A stretch of 64,000 nt of DNA from Batkoa obscura (taxonomy: Eukaryota). The translations under genes were made by a program, and so were the position numbers. Each line of letters starts with the position of its first letter. Positions within the stretch are counted from its first letter, which is position 1. Below are positions 40,768-54,410 of this stretch, one piece after another. The stretch spans positions 310,001-374,000 of the forward strand of contig JASVEC010000026.1 of NCBI GenBank assembly GCA_030770535.1, read 5' to 3'. Below the pieces are notes generated by a model. The model did no database searches. It saw only the letters and a program-made list of their open reading frames with translations, and had not been told where the DNA came from.

Positions 40768-40941
40768 TTTCTTTGAATTTATAAAATAATAAAATTCTTT
40801 ATTAGCTAGGTTTCACTAATATCTTATTAAAAAAAAATTATCTTGAAACATTTGAATTGCTATTAACGCCATTATTATTTATATCATATTAAAAACACTA
40901 AAAAGCAAAATTGTTTATCAAGGAAACAATCAATGGTTTTA

Positions 40942-41727
40942 TTAAAAGATCCACTTATAAATAGAATAACTCAAAGCAACGATAGCCCCAGGAGGAATAA
41001 GCAACCAAAGGAAAGTTTTAAATTTTGAGTGATTAATCCTTTTGATGAGTTGATCAATCTGTTTAAATGATTCTTCTAAATTTCCAGAATTATCAACAAC
41101 AAAATTTGTTAGCTTAATTTTATCATCTAATTTCATTTGGGAATCAATACGCTTATTAGCTTCTTCTAGAGTAATATTATCTCTAGACATTAATCTGTTA
41201 AGTTGAATCTTAACTGGGCTAAATAATAAGAAAATAGTCATATAAACTCAAAATTAATTACCAATAAATTAACATATTCCCGCTAGTGAACTTATAAATA
41301 CCAGATTCAAAAAGCAAAGGAACATCTAAAACAATTAAACTGTGGCCACCTAAATAACATTTAAGAATCTGCCAACCCATCATAAATCGGATAATAGGAT
41401 GAAGTATAGAATTTAACTTCAGTCTTTTTTCCTCATTATCAAAAATTATTTCTCCCAACTTTTTCCTGTTGAGTGTTAAATCTGGATTCAAAATATCATC
41501 TCCTTCCTCTGGTTTATGAAACTCTTTTATTATTTTTTTATATCCATAACTTCCTACTAATACCGCTTCTCTTGCTAATCTATCTGCGTCTACAATATAA
41601 TACCCTTTGTTCAATAAGTAACTGGATATGCTACTTTTCCCTATTTCTAATATTAATTTCTCGTTTATTGTTATAGCATTATTTTTTTACCACTAGCAAT
41701 CCCTCCACTTAAACCTAAAATGTACAT
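40942..41727 (-). CDS. CAB5: Dephospho-CoA kinase (3 exons)
   Basis: MYILGLSGGIASG/KSS P-loop split by an intron; IVDADRLAR, LDVPLLFES and RLMSRD. Confidence 0.92.
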
Positions 41728-42099
41728 ATTGAACTTTTTTAATAGACACTTAATTTAATTTACAAATTTTTTATTCAAATTTTAAAAAAGATAAGCAAAA
41801 TGAGCAAAAAAGGGCAATAAAGGAAAAATCAATCAAAAGAAAATCAGAGTTTCACCAAAAAGACCATGATCTATTGGTGGGCAAATAGAAAGGTGAGAGT
41901 TATAACTATGTAAGAGCAATTGATCAAAAATACAACCATTTGTATTATTTTGACCAGTGAATAGTCAATGCGAAAGTGGTGAGTATCTATAATTTTCTTA
42001 CGAAATATAATATTAAATTCATCAATAGTTGGAATAAACAAGAAATCAGCTGGATTATTCAAGGGCCTGTAAGTTTGAGAGTATAATAGAAGCAAAAAC

Positions 42100-42840
42100 T
42101 GTTACTAACAAATTTAGGTACATTGTGGAAAGATTAATAAGATCTATTTGAAGACAGACTCTAAAAAAATCAAGAGTCAAAACCCAGTTGAAAAGACGTT
42201 TGCTAGTATTTAAGGCTACAAAAGTTCATCCAAATATTTAACGATTATATCTTGAAATTCTGGAGGATAACAACCAGCGTACTGCCAATTAATAATTCGA
42301 ATAAGTCTATATTTTTTGATTACTACTGGTTTCCGATTTAAATAATTATGGCAGAATACTTTCTGTGTAAAAGATTTATTTTTTTACCAAGTTCAGTATT
42401 AATGAGTTTTTGGGGCACTTCAAATTCGTTGCTTATGAGCTTTAGAGTTGTTATGTCTTCACAGATTTGTATAAATTGTTCCATCGAACATATTGTATAC
42501 TATTTTTTTCTTTCAATATTGGAGTACTAAGTTTTACATTTCTCGAGGGTATACCAATATATGGTGGATGTTTGTATTCTTCAAGATCGAATGTATTGTA
42601 TGATGCTTTTTTAATATATCCTTTAAACATGTTTACATCAATTATTATCTCTATTATTATTTCATCTGCATTTTTTAACTTTTCCCGTATATTTTATGTC
42701 CTGCCTTGATATCTAAATCTTTGGATACAATTATATAGAAATAACATTAATCTTAGGGGGTTTTTCAATTAGTTCTATCATTATAAAAAAGAAGTGTATT
42801 CATTTTTTGACGTTCTTTGAATTGGTTTTGCTTTAGTCAT
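42100..42840 (-). pseudogene. Possible decayed APH/choline-kinase-like phosphotransferase
   Basis: RIINWQYAGCYPPEFQD (42300-42250) resembles the IIDWEYAGxYPxxWE signature. The surrounding frame is broken. Confidence 0.4.
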
Positions 42841-43113
42841 GAGTTATTTTTCAAAATGTTTTTAATCAATGATTTAAATAAAGAATATAAAGCAAGCACA
42901 ACATTACATCAAGCAAAAATTATTAATAAATAATAAACACTGTGGTGTATTCTATTTATTTTTTTGATAAATAAACAAAATAATTAAGTCGTTAATTTAA
43001 TCAAATAAAAAAGCAGAATATTAAAATACAATATAAAATCGAACCAAATCAAAAGCATTATTGTACTAAATAAATTAATTATAATTTAATTGGTATTGAA
43101 GAATCACAGATAG

Positions 43114-43185
43114 TTCTTCATGGTCCAGTGGTTAGGATTTTCCGCTTTCACCGGAACGGCCGGGGTTCGATTCCCCGTGAGGAAG
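43114..43185 (+). tRNA. tRNA-Glu(TTC)
   Basis: 72 nt; acceptor TTCTTCA/TGAGGAA, anticodon arm TTCCG-CTTTCAC-CGGAA, T arm GGTTCGATTCC; no intron. Confidence 0.95.
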
Positions 43186-43760
43186 TTATAATTCAGTGAT
43201 AATATTTTTGATATATAAGCATTGTAGCACAGTTGGTTGTAGATAAGCTATAGCTTAGTGCTATAAAGCTATACTTGTATTGTTCTAAATTTTGTATGTG
43301 TATTATAAATTTTTCTAATGTCTTAACTTGTATTCTAAACCATTTTTATAAAAATCAATCTTAATTGATTATTTTATTTAGTTTATTGAAAATCTAATAT
43401 TTTTAAACTAATGTGCAAATAAAGCCTTGTAATATCTGTTGTATATATGAAACTTCAAGTAATCTGATGAGCTTAAACTTGTCTAAAATCTATTAACTTA
43501 AATGAGACACGAATGAGATTAAGTAGATATCTATATTATTTGCTATGGAGCTTAGAACATCATGATAAGGATAACAATAGCTTACAATTAGAAAAGTCTT
43601 ATTTTTAAACTTGAGTAACTCAGGGCTATACGAGAAGTAGCATGGTATACTAAATCCAACTTCAACTATTTTCCCATCAATTGATTTAAGATTTATATTA
43701 ATAAAGAGATCGATTAAACAGTTACTATTTATAATTTTTATAGCAATCAAATCTTTATAT

Positions 43761-43859
43761 GAGGGTGTATTTTTATGTTTAAGAATTTTGCTAATAATTT
43801 TTCCGCTCAAATAGCGCTTAAAAGATAGAAAAAGTGATGAAGCTAAAAAAAATATCCCC
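43761..43859 (-). mobile_element. MITE copy 9
   Basis: Consensus match; absent at the homologous site (~56048) of the paralog. Confidence 0.9.
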
Positions 43860-44386
43860 ATACATTGATAAAAAAAGTAATTCTAATATGCTCTTTATTT
43901 TTAATAGTAAAAGTCTAATTCTAAATCCAAGACATCACAAATAAGTTCCATCCTATTGTTTCACCAATCTCTTTTATATTAATTCTTTGTTCACAGCCAT
44001 ATCTGTCTACCTTGGGGTTTTTGAGCTCATCTATAAATTTAACAAATTCTATTTTATTATAATGATAGAAATGATTTGTATATCTTAAAATTCTAGGAAA
44101 ATCGGTTATCAAAGCATTATTTTCACCATCCACTTGAAGGTGATAGTTCTTGTTATTGTCAATATATAGACGGAACATACCACTTTTACCTTGTGTACTA
44201 GAATCATCAAAATCAATAGAAATACCTTTGGAATCTTTTTATCTTTCTTGTGATTATTCATAACTCATAATTTGAACTGAATTCTTTAAAAAAAAAGCAC
44301 CTAAAATTTGGTCTAGTGAATTTCCTTGTATATCACAAAAGCTTGATAAAAGTAAGCTATTTATTTCCATAAAATTAATTAAATAC

Positions 44387-44883
44387 TGTGAAATATTGCT
44401 TTATTTAACTCTCGGATTAATTATAATATAATAATCATTGAACTTGTTTACAAAACTATTTGTAGTCTTGTAATCAATTTAATCGTGAACCATGTGGTAT
44501 AATCAATCCAGAGTTTCTTGTTTTGATTTGTTGTGAGGATTTCTAACTTCATATTGCCAAGAATGATATCCTCTCATTTTGATATCCGTGCTTGTTGGAG
44601 TATAAAAGAGATTCTTTAACATACTAACTCAAGGCTTTTTAACTGAATTACTCCTTGATATCGTATTGTTAATAAAGTCACTAAGTCTTTCTGACAACGT
44701 CTTACGTAGATTTTACAGTAGTATTTCCTATTATATTTGTTTTACATAATTCGTAGCTTATTACGTATTATTCTTATTCATTTAAGTCTATCTTAGTTAT
44801 ATAAGCTAAGACCGTTTGACTCAAGGCAAGTTAATCAACCAAGGACTGCTTTTAACTCCTACCACTAAGTACCAACTTTCACA
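44387..44883 (+). mobile_element. Solo LTR with ATAC target duplication
   Basis: TGTGAAA...TTTCACA with atac on both sides; the empty site is visible in the paralog at ~56561. Confidence 0.92.
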
Positions 44884-45070
44884 ATACTTCATAGATTCAT
44901 AAAGTCGTAATTATCCAGATTTACCAAATGCACGTATCATTGGTGATAATCAAAAGCAACTTTAAAATTATTAACTTTGTTTATTTACAAGAAAATAATT
45001 TTATCTTTTTTAATAAAAATAGCAGTAATTATATTTTTTTCTGATTAATTCAACTTGGGGCTATCTATAT

Positions 45071-45169
45071 GGGGGCGTTTTTTTTGGCTTCATCATTTTT
45101 TCCATCTTTTAAGCGCTATTTGAACGGAAAAATTGTTAGTAAAATTCTTAAACACAAAAATACATCCCC
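45071..45169 (+). mobile_element. MITE copy 10
   Basis: Consensus match flanked by atat/atat. Confidence 0.9.
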
Positions 45170-46312
45170 ATATAGAAGCTATATTTTATTGGTTAATAAT
45201 TAATTTAGTAAATTACACAGCAAAAAAACAAAATTTACTGTTAAAAGTTGACTTTCACATCTTATTAAGAGCTATTGTTAAATGTTTCTGTAATGCTTAC
45301 ATTAGTGCCTATGTGAGGTTTGTAAAGTTTATAAGGATATTTTAAATCGCAAAGCTATTTTTTATTTTTACTTGTTTTTAGTAAGTTTGCATCTAAATAG
45401 CCAACACATTGATTTTCATTGATAGTGATGCTATTGAGTGTTTCTACCATTGGCTTTAAAAAGTATTAATAAAAAGCAATAGTTTTAAGTTTTTTTCATT
45501 ATAAATAATATTTATAATTTATTTTTATCATTAATAAATATTATTATTCCAGTAATTTTAGATTAAATATTAATATTGAATAAATAGTATAATTTAAATT
45601 AAATATCTTTAATAATACTATTTTTAATAACTATCAGTTAATTAAATTACATTGAATAACTAAATAATTGAATTTAAATTCTTGTATAATTTTTACAATT
45701 TTTTAAATATATGGGTGTGAAATATCGGTTCATTAGCTCTAGGATTGATTATAATATAATAATCAATTCAGAGTTCCTTATATAGATTTGCTGTGAGAAT
45801 TACTACCACCTGATCACGAAGAACTTATTGCCCACGTTTTTATGTCCATACTTGGCAACTATAATAAGGAATAACTGTTGTAATGTTCCTTATATAGCCA
45901 CCCAGTTGGAGTATAAAAAAGATTCTTTAACATACTAACTCAAGGCTTTTTAACTGAATTACTCCTTGATATCGTACTATTAATAAAGTCACTAAGTCTT
46001 TCTGACAATATCTTACGTAGATTTTACAGTAGTATTTCCTATTATATTTGTTTTACATAATTCGTAGCTTATTACGTATTATTCTTATTCATTTAAGTCT
46101 ATCTTAGTTATATAAGCTAAGACCGTTTGACTCAAGGCAAGTTAATCAACCAAGGACTGCTTTTAACTCCTACCACTGAGTATCAACTTCCACATTTGGC
46201 GTTCATAACTGGGAAAGCTCCTATAACTACACTAGGTAGCCTTTATAGTCTTTCCTTTACGGTTCTTACCGCGTAACCACCCCAAACCTCCAATCCCTTC
46301 AATTCAAAGACT

Positions 46313-48220
46313 ATGATCAACAATAGTCCCATACCCTATTTTGCCGACTCAAGATATCTTCTTGATGACCGTCAACAATTGACCCTCACTGAGATCAATG
46401 ACCTTACTGCTGAAAGAATCTCAAATATCGACAGAAAAGTGAAAGCCACTTTCGCAGAGCTTAACAAATCGTTGATGACCAGATTCAGCGAGTATAATCA
46501 TCGCTTATCTTACGTTGAGCAATTCCTTGCATCCGCATCAACCAGCGATGCCAGAATCTTGGCTTTAGAACAAGATTTAGCTGCTTGTAACAAGAAAATG
46601 GCTCAACAAGTGACCACCATTAGCCAGCTCATCACTTCCAATAATAATTTGAAGGAACAAATTAGATTGGATAAAGAGCAGTCAGCGGCTGACTGGGAAG
46701 AAACTTCGCGTAACATACAGAATACCAAGGAAGAGCTCATTCTTCTTCAAACTAAGGTAGCCTCCAATACCAGCCAAATTAAGGCATCTTCTTGTAATTG
46801 TAGAAAGGAGCGTATTGCTATTTCAGCGCCTCACTCCAGACTCTCGACTTATAGAGATGTCCCAAGATACAATATGTATGATCTAGGTGATGGTACCACA
46901 GAATCTATCCTTGACACTGAATATCAAATGAATCCTAAGTATCGTGGTTCTACTCACTTGGGACAACCGGATAATCAAGCCAAGAAAGAAGAATGTCCAC
47001 CTCAATTACTTCCTAGAATGACCACTGCATCTACTGACGGTATTTACTCAAGAAACCCTACTACAGGATCCAACGCTGAGCCAATACGATCTCGTATACA
47101 GCCCTATCCTGAAGTTAACCTGGACAATCCTTTTAACAATAATAACAAAAACAAGTCGCCATATATGGGTCCTCAAATCATTCAACATGTACCCTATGGG
47201 CAATCTTCATCTCACTACGTACAACCCGAGCGGATTCCTGTTCAACGTAACTATGGTATATCACATAACAATCATGACGCTTATTATAGCTATCTTGGAC
47301 CTTCTGGTAACAATCCAAACCCGCATAGCTTCTCAACATATCCCCACAATTATCCGAGAAGCTCCCAACCCGTTAATACCAAGTTTAATTTTAATCTCTT
47401 ATTCAATCCAAACGAAATCACTGCTACCACCTTCATCAAAGCTCTAGAAGTTCATCTTGATGCCAACAACTGGACCTACGAGTCTCGCCCTGAATGCCTC
47501 TTAGGTCAGCTACAAACAAATGAAATTTCCTGGTGCATGACCCTACCTGATGACTTACGCAGTAACTGGAATTCTTTTAAAAAGGTATTCATAGATCACT
47601 ATGATTCCGATGTAAAAATGGAAGCAAAAAAGGCAGCCCTTTTATCTTTACGATTAGACGATGAAAGCAAACTTGAAAGTTTCATTGCAAGCGTAAGGAA
47701 TCGTGCTAATGCTTTAAGTTCCTGTGGGAAGTTAAGTGTTACAGACCTCCGCCTGGCCTTCCAACGAAACCTTCCAAGTCACATCGCACGTCTTTTTCTA
47801 AATCCTCATCATAATATCACCAATATTACACAGATGATAGAGATTCTAGAGTTATACCTCGGAAGTCAAAAAAGTGAAGCTAAATCCAAGAAACTATATG
47901 TTAATCATATAGATAAGGAAACGGATAACAACGAATATCTTCGTTATTTCGCTATTACCCAACAACACTACGCCAACCATCGAAAATCCCGAGTGTTTAC
48001 TGGATGCTGGAACTGTGGCGAACATGGACATATTGCTGTCAACTGCACTGAACCAAAACCAGAAAATGGTATTTTTAAATATTATTTTGAAAAAAATGTT
48101 CGTAATAGTGAACATTTTAATAAAAACAAACAAGTTAGTCATCTCAATTATAATGATGATGATGATGATGATGACACTAAAAAGTTTGTTGGCTCCGACA
48201 ACGAGTCAAAAAACTCCTAA
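46313..48220 (+). CDS. gag: Gag (N-terminal coiled coil, capsid-like region, CCHC knuckle)
   Basis: 635-aa ORF after the PBS with CWNCGEHGHIAVNC. Confidence 0.9.
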   Translation: MINNSPIPYFADSRYLLDDRQQLTLTEINDLTAERISNIDRKVKATFAELNKSLMTRFSEYNHRLSYVEQFLASASTSDARILALEQDLAACNKKMAQQVTTISQLITSNNNLKEQIRLDKEQSAADWEETSRNIQNTKEELILLQTKVASNTSQIKASSCNCRKERIAISAPHSRLSTYRDVPRYNMYDLGDGTTESILDTEYQMNPKYRGSTHLGQPDNQAKKEECPPQLLPRMTTASTDGIYSRNPTTGSNAEPIRSRIQPYPEVNLDNPFNNNNKNKSPYMGPQIIQHVPYGQSSSHYVQPERIPVQRNYGISHNNHDAYYSYLGPSGNNPNPHSFSTYPHNYPRSSQPVNTKFNFNLLFNPNEITATTFIKALEVHLDANNWTYESRPECLLGQLQTNEISWCMTLPDDLRSNWNSFKKVFIDHYDSDVKMEAKKAALLSLRLDDESKLESFIASVRNRANALSSCGKLSVTDLRLAFQRNLPSHIARLFLNPHHNITNITQMIEILELYLGSQKSEAKSKKLYVNHIDKETDNNEYLRYFAITQQHYANHRKSRVFTGCWNCGEHGHIAVNCTEPKPENGIFKYYFEKNVRNSEHFNKNKQVSHLNYNDDDDDDDTKKFVGSDNESKNS

Positions 48221-51200
48221 GTGGGAGGGTAAATGAGGATCCCCCTTCCACGAAGTCAAAAATTCCTCCTGATCCAGATGAAAGCACTGAATTAGACTTC
48301 GAACTTAACACGCTTTCAAAATTTGACCCCTCTACCCTCATCCTAGCCCTACCTTCCCGAATTCGTGGTAGACCCAAGAAGAAAAAGGTTCCCGTCGTTG
48401 AAATCCCTAAAGTCATTCCACGTCGGATTGATAAGTCACCTGATAACTCTACCAATGCCCCTGATTCTACCTCGATAAATGAAATTGCTAAACCTTACAC
48501 TTCACAGTTATCCGATTTATCCAAACTGTCCCTTACACAAAGTGAACTAGATAATACACACCAGTGGTTAACTAATGTTACCATCCCAATTCCTCTAGAC
48601 AAAATCTTAATTGGAGAATCAGACTTAGCAATTGCATTTAGAAATATTATCAGAGGGTACCAGAATCCAAATAAACAGATCCTCTTAGTAAACCTCGATA
48701 CTAAAGCTAACTCCACCGATTGTACTTACATTAACGCGTCGATTTACAAAAAGAGTGTACGGATAATATTAGATAGTGGAGCTCCCATAAATTTCATATC
48801 GAGTCGTCTGGTAAAACGATTACCCTTTAAACCGGATATAGACTATTCGGACACCTTCGGTACAGCCGGAACTGGAACCGTCACGGCACTAGGAGCATAC
48901 TCATCAATCCCTATTAAGTTTGGAAAGCTAACTTTAGCCTTTCCAGCAATAGTATTGGAAAGCGAAGGTTACGACTTCCTCCTAGGTACCGAATTCTTTG
49001 TGAAACATGGTTGCCAATTATTGTACGATCAAAATATCTTAAAAATATTAGATCAATCCATTCTAATGTACTACAATAAGCCAAGGAACCTAACCATTAA
49101 CAACATAAGCAACAAAACTCCTGATTGTCGTATAATGAGCTATCAGACTAACAACAAATCAGTTGACGTTACTCTCTGCGGATTAGAATCGGTGATTTAT
49201 CAATATCCAGATATAGCATATAAGCAGTCTGGAATCCCCATTATTTCCCCTAAGAACTTACTAATACCGCCTAAATCACAGGTATTACTAGACACCGAAA
49301 TCTCATTATGGGTACCTAAGGAGTTCCATCTGTCTATATACAGTATAGAAAGTGTTTCAAGATTAGAACCTCTAACTGTGCCCGGAATTTTAGGTAATAA
49401 CATGAATGAGACTATAAAACTACTGCTTGCCAACATTACCGAAAAAGATATCAAAATCTCTAGAGGTCAACAGGTTGGTACAATCTGCGTAGAAAATAAC
49501 GCTGTGATTAACATCCTCAGTAAATTTACAACGCTAGAAGAATTCCAAATTTATGAAGAAGCCCCTAATAACCAAACCCAGTTTGTTGAGAAAGACACTA
49601 TTAAACATCTAAACCCAGATGAGCAACTTCAATTTTACAAATTGCTGAAAGAGCATAAAGACGTGTTTGCAACTTCAGAAGAAGATATTGGTTGTGCCCG
49701 CAATACTAAACATAAAATATATACATGCGGTTCACTACCTGTTGCAACTAAAGCATATCGTAAATCTCAGTCTGAACTTAAGACAGAAAGAGAAGAAGTC
49801 CAAAAACTCTTAAGATTAGGTTTGATTATCCCTTCAAATAGTCCATGGGCCTCTCCCCTTATGATTGTTAAGAAAAAAGATGGAACTAATAGAGTAGTTA
49901 TGGACTATAGGAAGCTTAACAAACTTACAAAGAAGGATGTATATCCACTACCCAGAATAGATGGTGCTGTTGACCGCTTGCAAGGTGCAAAATACTTTTC
50001 AGCAATGGATCTAATCTCAGGATACTGGCAGGTAGAAATGGATCCGAAAGGCCAAGAGAAATGCGCTTTGATTACTTCTGAAGGACTATTTCAACCAACG
50101 AGGATGTCACAAGGCCTTTCAAACGCTCCTGCTACATTCCAACGTCTTATGGATAATACACTAGGTGATCTTAAGCTCTCATGTGTACTAATTTACTTAG
50201 ACGACTTGAATGTGTTCTTGAAGACTTTCGTGAATCACCTAAATCACCTCAAAGCAGTATTCGAATGTCTCCGCCAAGCTAACTTAAAGTTAAAGACAAA
50301 AAAGTGCTCATTTTTCCAAACTAATCTGAAATTTTTAGGCTACAAGGTCTCTGACAAAGGTTTAGCTCCTATTCCTAATAAATTAGATGCAGTAAAAGAG
50401 CTTCTCCCCTCAACTACGATGGGAGAAGTACAAGTGTTCCTCGGACTAATGAATTACTACCGAAGATTTATAAAAGATTTTTCAAACTTAGCCACTCCAC
50501 TATTCCAGTTGTTAAAGAAAGAAGTCAAGTTTCAATGGAAAGAAGAACACCAATAAGCCTTTGAAGAACTCCGCGATAAGCTGCTTAACGCCCCAGTGTT
50601 GACGTTTCCAAATTTCTCAAAGCCCTTCTCCCTGCACACCGACGCTAGTCTAACGGCAGTTGGAGGTGTTTTAAGTCAACTCGATAATGACAACTGCGAA
50701 CATCCAATAGCTTATACCTCTAGAACCTTATTGAAGCATGAGAGAAATTACACTACGACAGAGAAGGGATGCCTTGCAATTATTCATGCTATAAAGGCAT
50801 TTAGACCGCATATCTATGGCACCCACTTTACTGTTATTACCGACCATGTTTCCCAAAAATGGCTATATTCAATCATTAATCCTGAAGGACGTCTAGCTAG
50901 GTGGGCTCTAAAACTACAATCGTATAGTTTTAATATAGTATATAAGCCAGGTAAAGATCACCAAAATGCAGATGGGCTTAGTAGGTTACCCAGGATCTGT
51001 CTAGCCACACCCATAGATAATGATCTGTACAGCCTATTGGGTAATAAAAATAAATGGCCGCAACAATAACCTGAGCTCAAACGATGGCTTGAGAAAAATG
51101 CCCAGAACATCATTGTCAAAAGTAATGCATTGTACAAAAAGATCAAAGGAACATATATTCCATATATTAAGCCTTCTTCACGGCTATCTGCATGTCAACA

Positions 51201-52230
51201 GTTTCACAATGTGATCTGCGGACATTCAGCCTTCCAAAAAATATATGATACCATGAAAGTTTCCTGCTATTGGGAATCAATGATGCCAGACTTAGAAGAC
51301 TTCATAAATAATTGTGATGTTTGTAAAAAAGAACAAAGTAGGATAAAAGTAATAGCTTATAAGTTTATTTTACCTAAACATGCATTCCACACGGTAAGTA
51401 TAGATGTGATAGGTCCTCTTTGGGAAGCTTCTTCAATAGGAGGAAATAAGCATATTGTTGTAGCTATAGACCATCTAACTAAGTGGGTTGAAGCTAGAGC
51501 AATACTAAACCAGACTTCCTTCCACATATCTAAATTTATATATGAAGATATTATTTGTAGACATGGAAGCCCCCAGGTGATACTTACCGATAATGCTACC
51601 AATTTTGTTAATCTAGTTCTCCCAAAATTAGCTAGACTAATGGACATAAGACATTCTACTGCAGCTCCGTATCATCCAGAAACTAACGGAATGGTTGAGA
51701 GAGTAAACGGTACACTAGTGCGTATACTGCGAAAACTAGCTTTTGGCAAAACTAGCTGTTGGGATGAATATCTACATTCCGCTATTTTAGCATATAGATA
51801 TTCAGTACACAGTATTACTAAAAATTCTCCTTTTGTTATGCTTTATGGGAGACACCCTGGACTCCCCGTATCTTTTGCCCCTTTAATCGCTAAACAAGGC
51901 GAAATAAGCCCTGACATGTACTTGGTTAAACTAACAAAAAAATTGATAGCTATCCAAGTTAAAGCCTTTAACGCATTAACAAATTCGAAGATAAAGAGGT
52001 ATCAGGAAGATATGTCCAGACTTCCTAGTCTAGCCACTTTGAAGGTAGGAGATATTGTTTATTTGTATCCTTCCTACAACCAACCTAGAAAAAATAAACT
52101 AGCGCTGAAATGGGACGGACCATATGGAATCATACATAAACACTTGTATGATACCTATTCGATTAAACATAAAGGAACAAGCGTCATTTACAATCGAGTC
52201 CATGCCAAGTTTCTCAAATCAGCAATGTGA
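48211..52230 (+). pseudogene. pol: Pol (protease, dUTPase-like, RT, RNase H, integrase) in the -1 frame; stops at 50554 and 51067
   Basis: IILDSGA, YPLPRID, YLDD, HTDAS, integrase DVIG/TDNA/ERVN and WDGPY. The three track ORFs are in one frame, open from 48211. Confidence 0.92.
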
Positions 52231-52781
52231 TTCAATGAGTACAATTCGTAACTAGTCAAATTGCTCTTGGTAAGTAAATCATAAAAATTCACTACATCAA
52301 ATCATAGGGAGGGAAATGTGAAATATTGCTTTATTTAGCTTTCGGATTGATTATAACGCAACAATCACTTAAGTTGCTGTGTTCTCAAGTTCAAATATAA
52401 TCAAGTCAGAGTCCCTTATTTTGATTTGCTGTGAGAATTTATAACTTCATATTGCAAGGAATAGCATCCTCTCGTATTAATATCCATATTTATTGGAGTA
52501 TAAAAGAGGTTCTTCAACATGACAACTCGAGGCTTTTTAACTGAATTACTCCTTGATATCGTATTGTTAATAAAGTCACTAAGTCTTTCTGACAACGTCT
52601 TACGTAGATTTTACAGTAGTATTTCCTATTATATTTGTTTTACATAATTCGTAGCTTATTACGTATTATTCTTATTCATTTAAGTCTATCTTAGTTATAT
52701 AAGCTAAGACCGTTTGACTCAAGGCAAGTTAATCAACCAAGGACTGCTTTTAACTCCTACCACTAAGTACCAACTTTCACA

Positions 52782-54410
52782 TAAATAATCAAAATAAACT
52801 TTGCCTATTGTTTTATCGTTTTTTAAATACAAAACGCCAAACCCTAATACTGATATAGCTTGTTTGTTATAATGATCTAAGTTTATTGGATCTGGTCTTG
52901 TTCCTGTTTCCATATTTTGTTTAAAGTCTAAAATTATTATACAACTTCTATTATTTAATTTTTTAATAGTTTCATTAAATATGTTTTTTTGAGTATCAAC
53001 ACAAAATTCATAGTTTATATAACCTTTTTTCTTTATTAAAAGATTCCTGTATCTCTGCTTTATTTTCTGTCGCTGTATTTATTTTATTTTCAAATAACTT
53101 TTTTCTAACTGTATACTGGGCACATATATTACATAAATATGTTTTTCTTGCTGGGTTTTTAAAGTTATTTGGTATATATTTAAAGAATGTTGACCTAGCT
53201 ACTGCTTTATCTTTTAAATCATTAAAATATTTACTATATATCATTCTTCTACTTTTATTTAATATATATATATTCTCTGACGAATATTTATCATTATTTT
53301 TTTTACTAAATCTTGATGAAATAGTTGAATTATCAAGTAAATATTGTATAATAATCTCAATTTGCTCATCTTTAATTTTTTTTGTATTTTTGATAATAAA
53401 TTGTAATGTTGTTGTTTTATTATTACTAATTCTTTTTGAATAATCATATTGATTTCTATTTATATTAAATCCAAAACTTTTACATTCATCAAAAGAATAT
53501 ACTGAAGCTATAGTCGATAATAATGCTACTTGCTGGTTTTTATTTCCTGTTTCCTTTAAAGCACTAATTTTATACATTGCTTGGTTAAGTTTATTATTAT
53601 TAATAGTAAAATTTAATAACTTTTCTTTTCTTTTTTTTGTTTTATTACAAAATTCCATAAACTCTGGGTTATTGTGAATAGTTGTTAAAATTGATGTAAA
53701 TGAATTACAATGTTCATATAATTTGCTTCTCCCTATTGGATTAAAATTTTCAGAAATTCCATTTCGAAGTTTAGTTATAAAAGCTTGCATCTTGTTTTTA
53801 TTTTAATAAAAAACAAAGTCAAATAATTATATATTTATGTCTTATATATCTATTGAACATTTAATAAAAAAATACAAAACACTGTGAGATATCGTTTCAT
53901 CAGCTCTATGATTGATTATCGCATAATAATCACTTAACTTGTTTACAAAACTAGTTGGAGTATAAAATAGATTCTTCAACATGATAGCTCGAGGCTTTCT
54001 AATTGAATTGTTCCCTAACATTTTACTTTTAATAAAGTCACTAAGTCTTATAGTATTTTACGTAGATTTTACAGTAATATCTTCTATTCTATTTATTTTG
54101 TATAGCTCGTAGCTTATTGCGCACTATTCCTATTAAGTTAAGTCTATCTTAGTTACATAAACTAAGACCTTTTGACTTATGGCCAGTTAATTAAGCTAGG
54201 ACTGCTTTTAACTGCAATCACTGAGTACCAACTTTCACAAACATATAATTAAAAAAATAAAATAAATAAAATAAGTCTTTTAAGTTAAATTTTAATTTTT
54301 AATTTTAAGTTTTTTAAATTTAGCTAATCATACATTAAAGACTTACAAATTTAAAAACTTAAAATTTGGATTAATTTCTATTAAATTCTGAAACCAATTC
54401 GGACACCCCC
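52782..54410 (-). mobile_element. Sola2-like copy 2: transposase 5' part and one TIR, truncated by the Gypsy element
   Basis: Highly similar to 29621-31263; ends in ccaattcggacaccccc+atat; ORF broken near 53008. Confidence 0.92.
53883..54239 (+). mobile_element. Solo LTR inside Sola copy 2 (same site as in copy 1)
   Basis: Same position and aacac/aacat flanks as 30723-31082. Confidence 0.88.

Larger units (their letters stand above)
43493..44940 (-). pseudogene. Orphan gene copy 1, disrupted by a MITE and a solo LTR
   Basis: Colinear with 55784-56622 (ALITDFP..LRYTNHF, DLIAxKIINSNCxIDLF). Confidence 0.75.
45716..52781 (+). mobile_element. Ty3/Gypsy LTR retrotransposon (chimeric LTRs, pol with 2 nonsense codons)
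   Basis: 5' LTR 45716-46194; PBS TGGCGTTCATAACTGGGA 46197-46214; gag; PR-RT-RH-IN order; PPT agggagggaaa 52306-52316; 3' LTR 52317-52781. Confidence 0.96.

Noticed and set aside
43114..46214. Gypsy primed by or targeted to the neighbouring tRNA-Glu
   Set aside because: The PBS is not complementary to this tRNA's 3' end, and the nearest LTR is 1.2 kb away.
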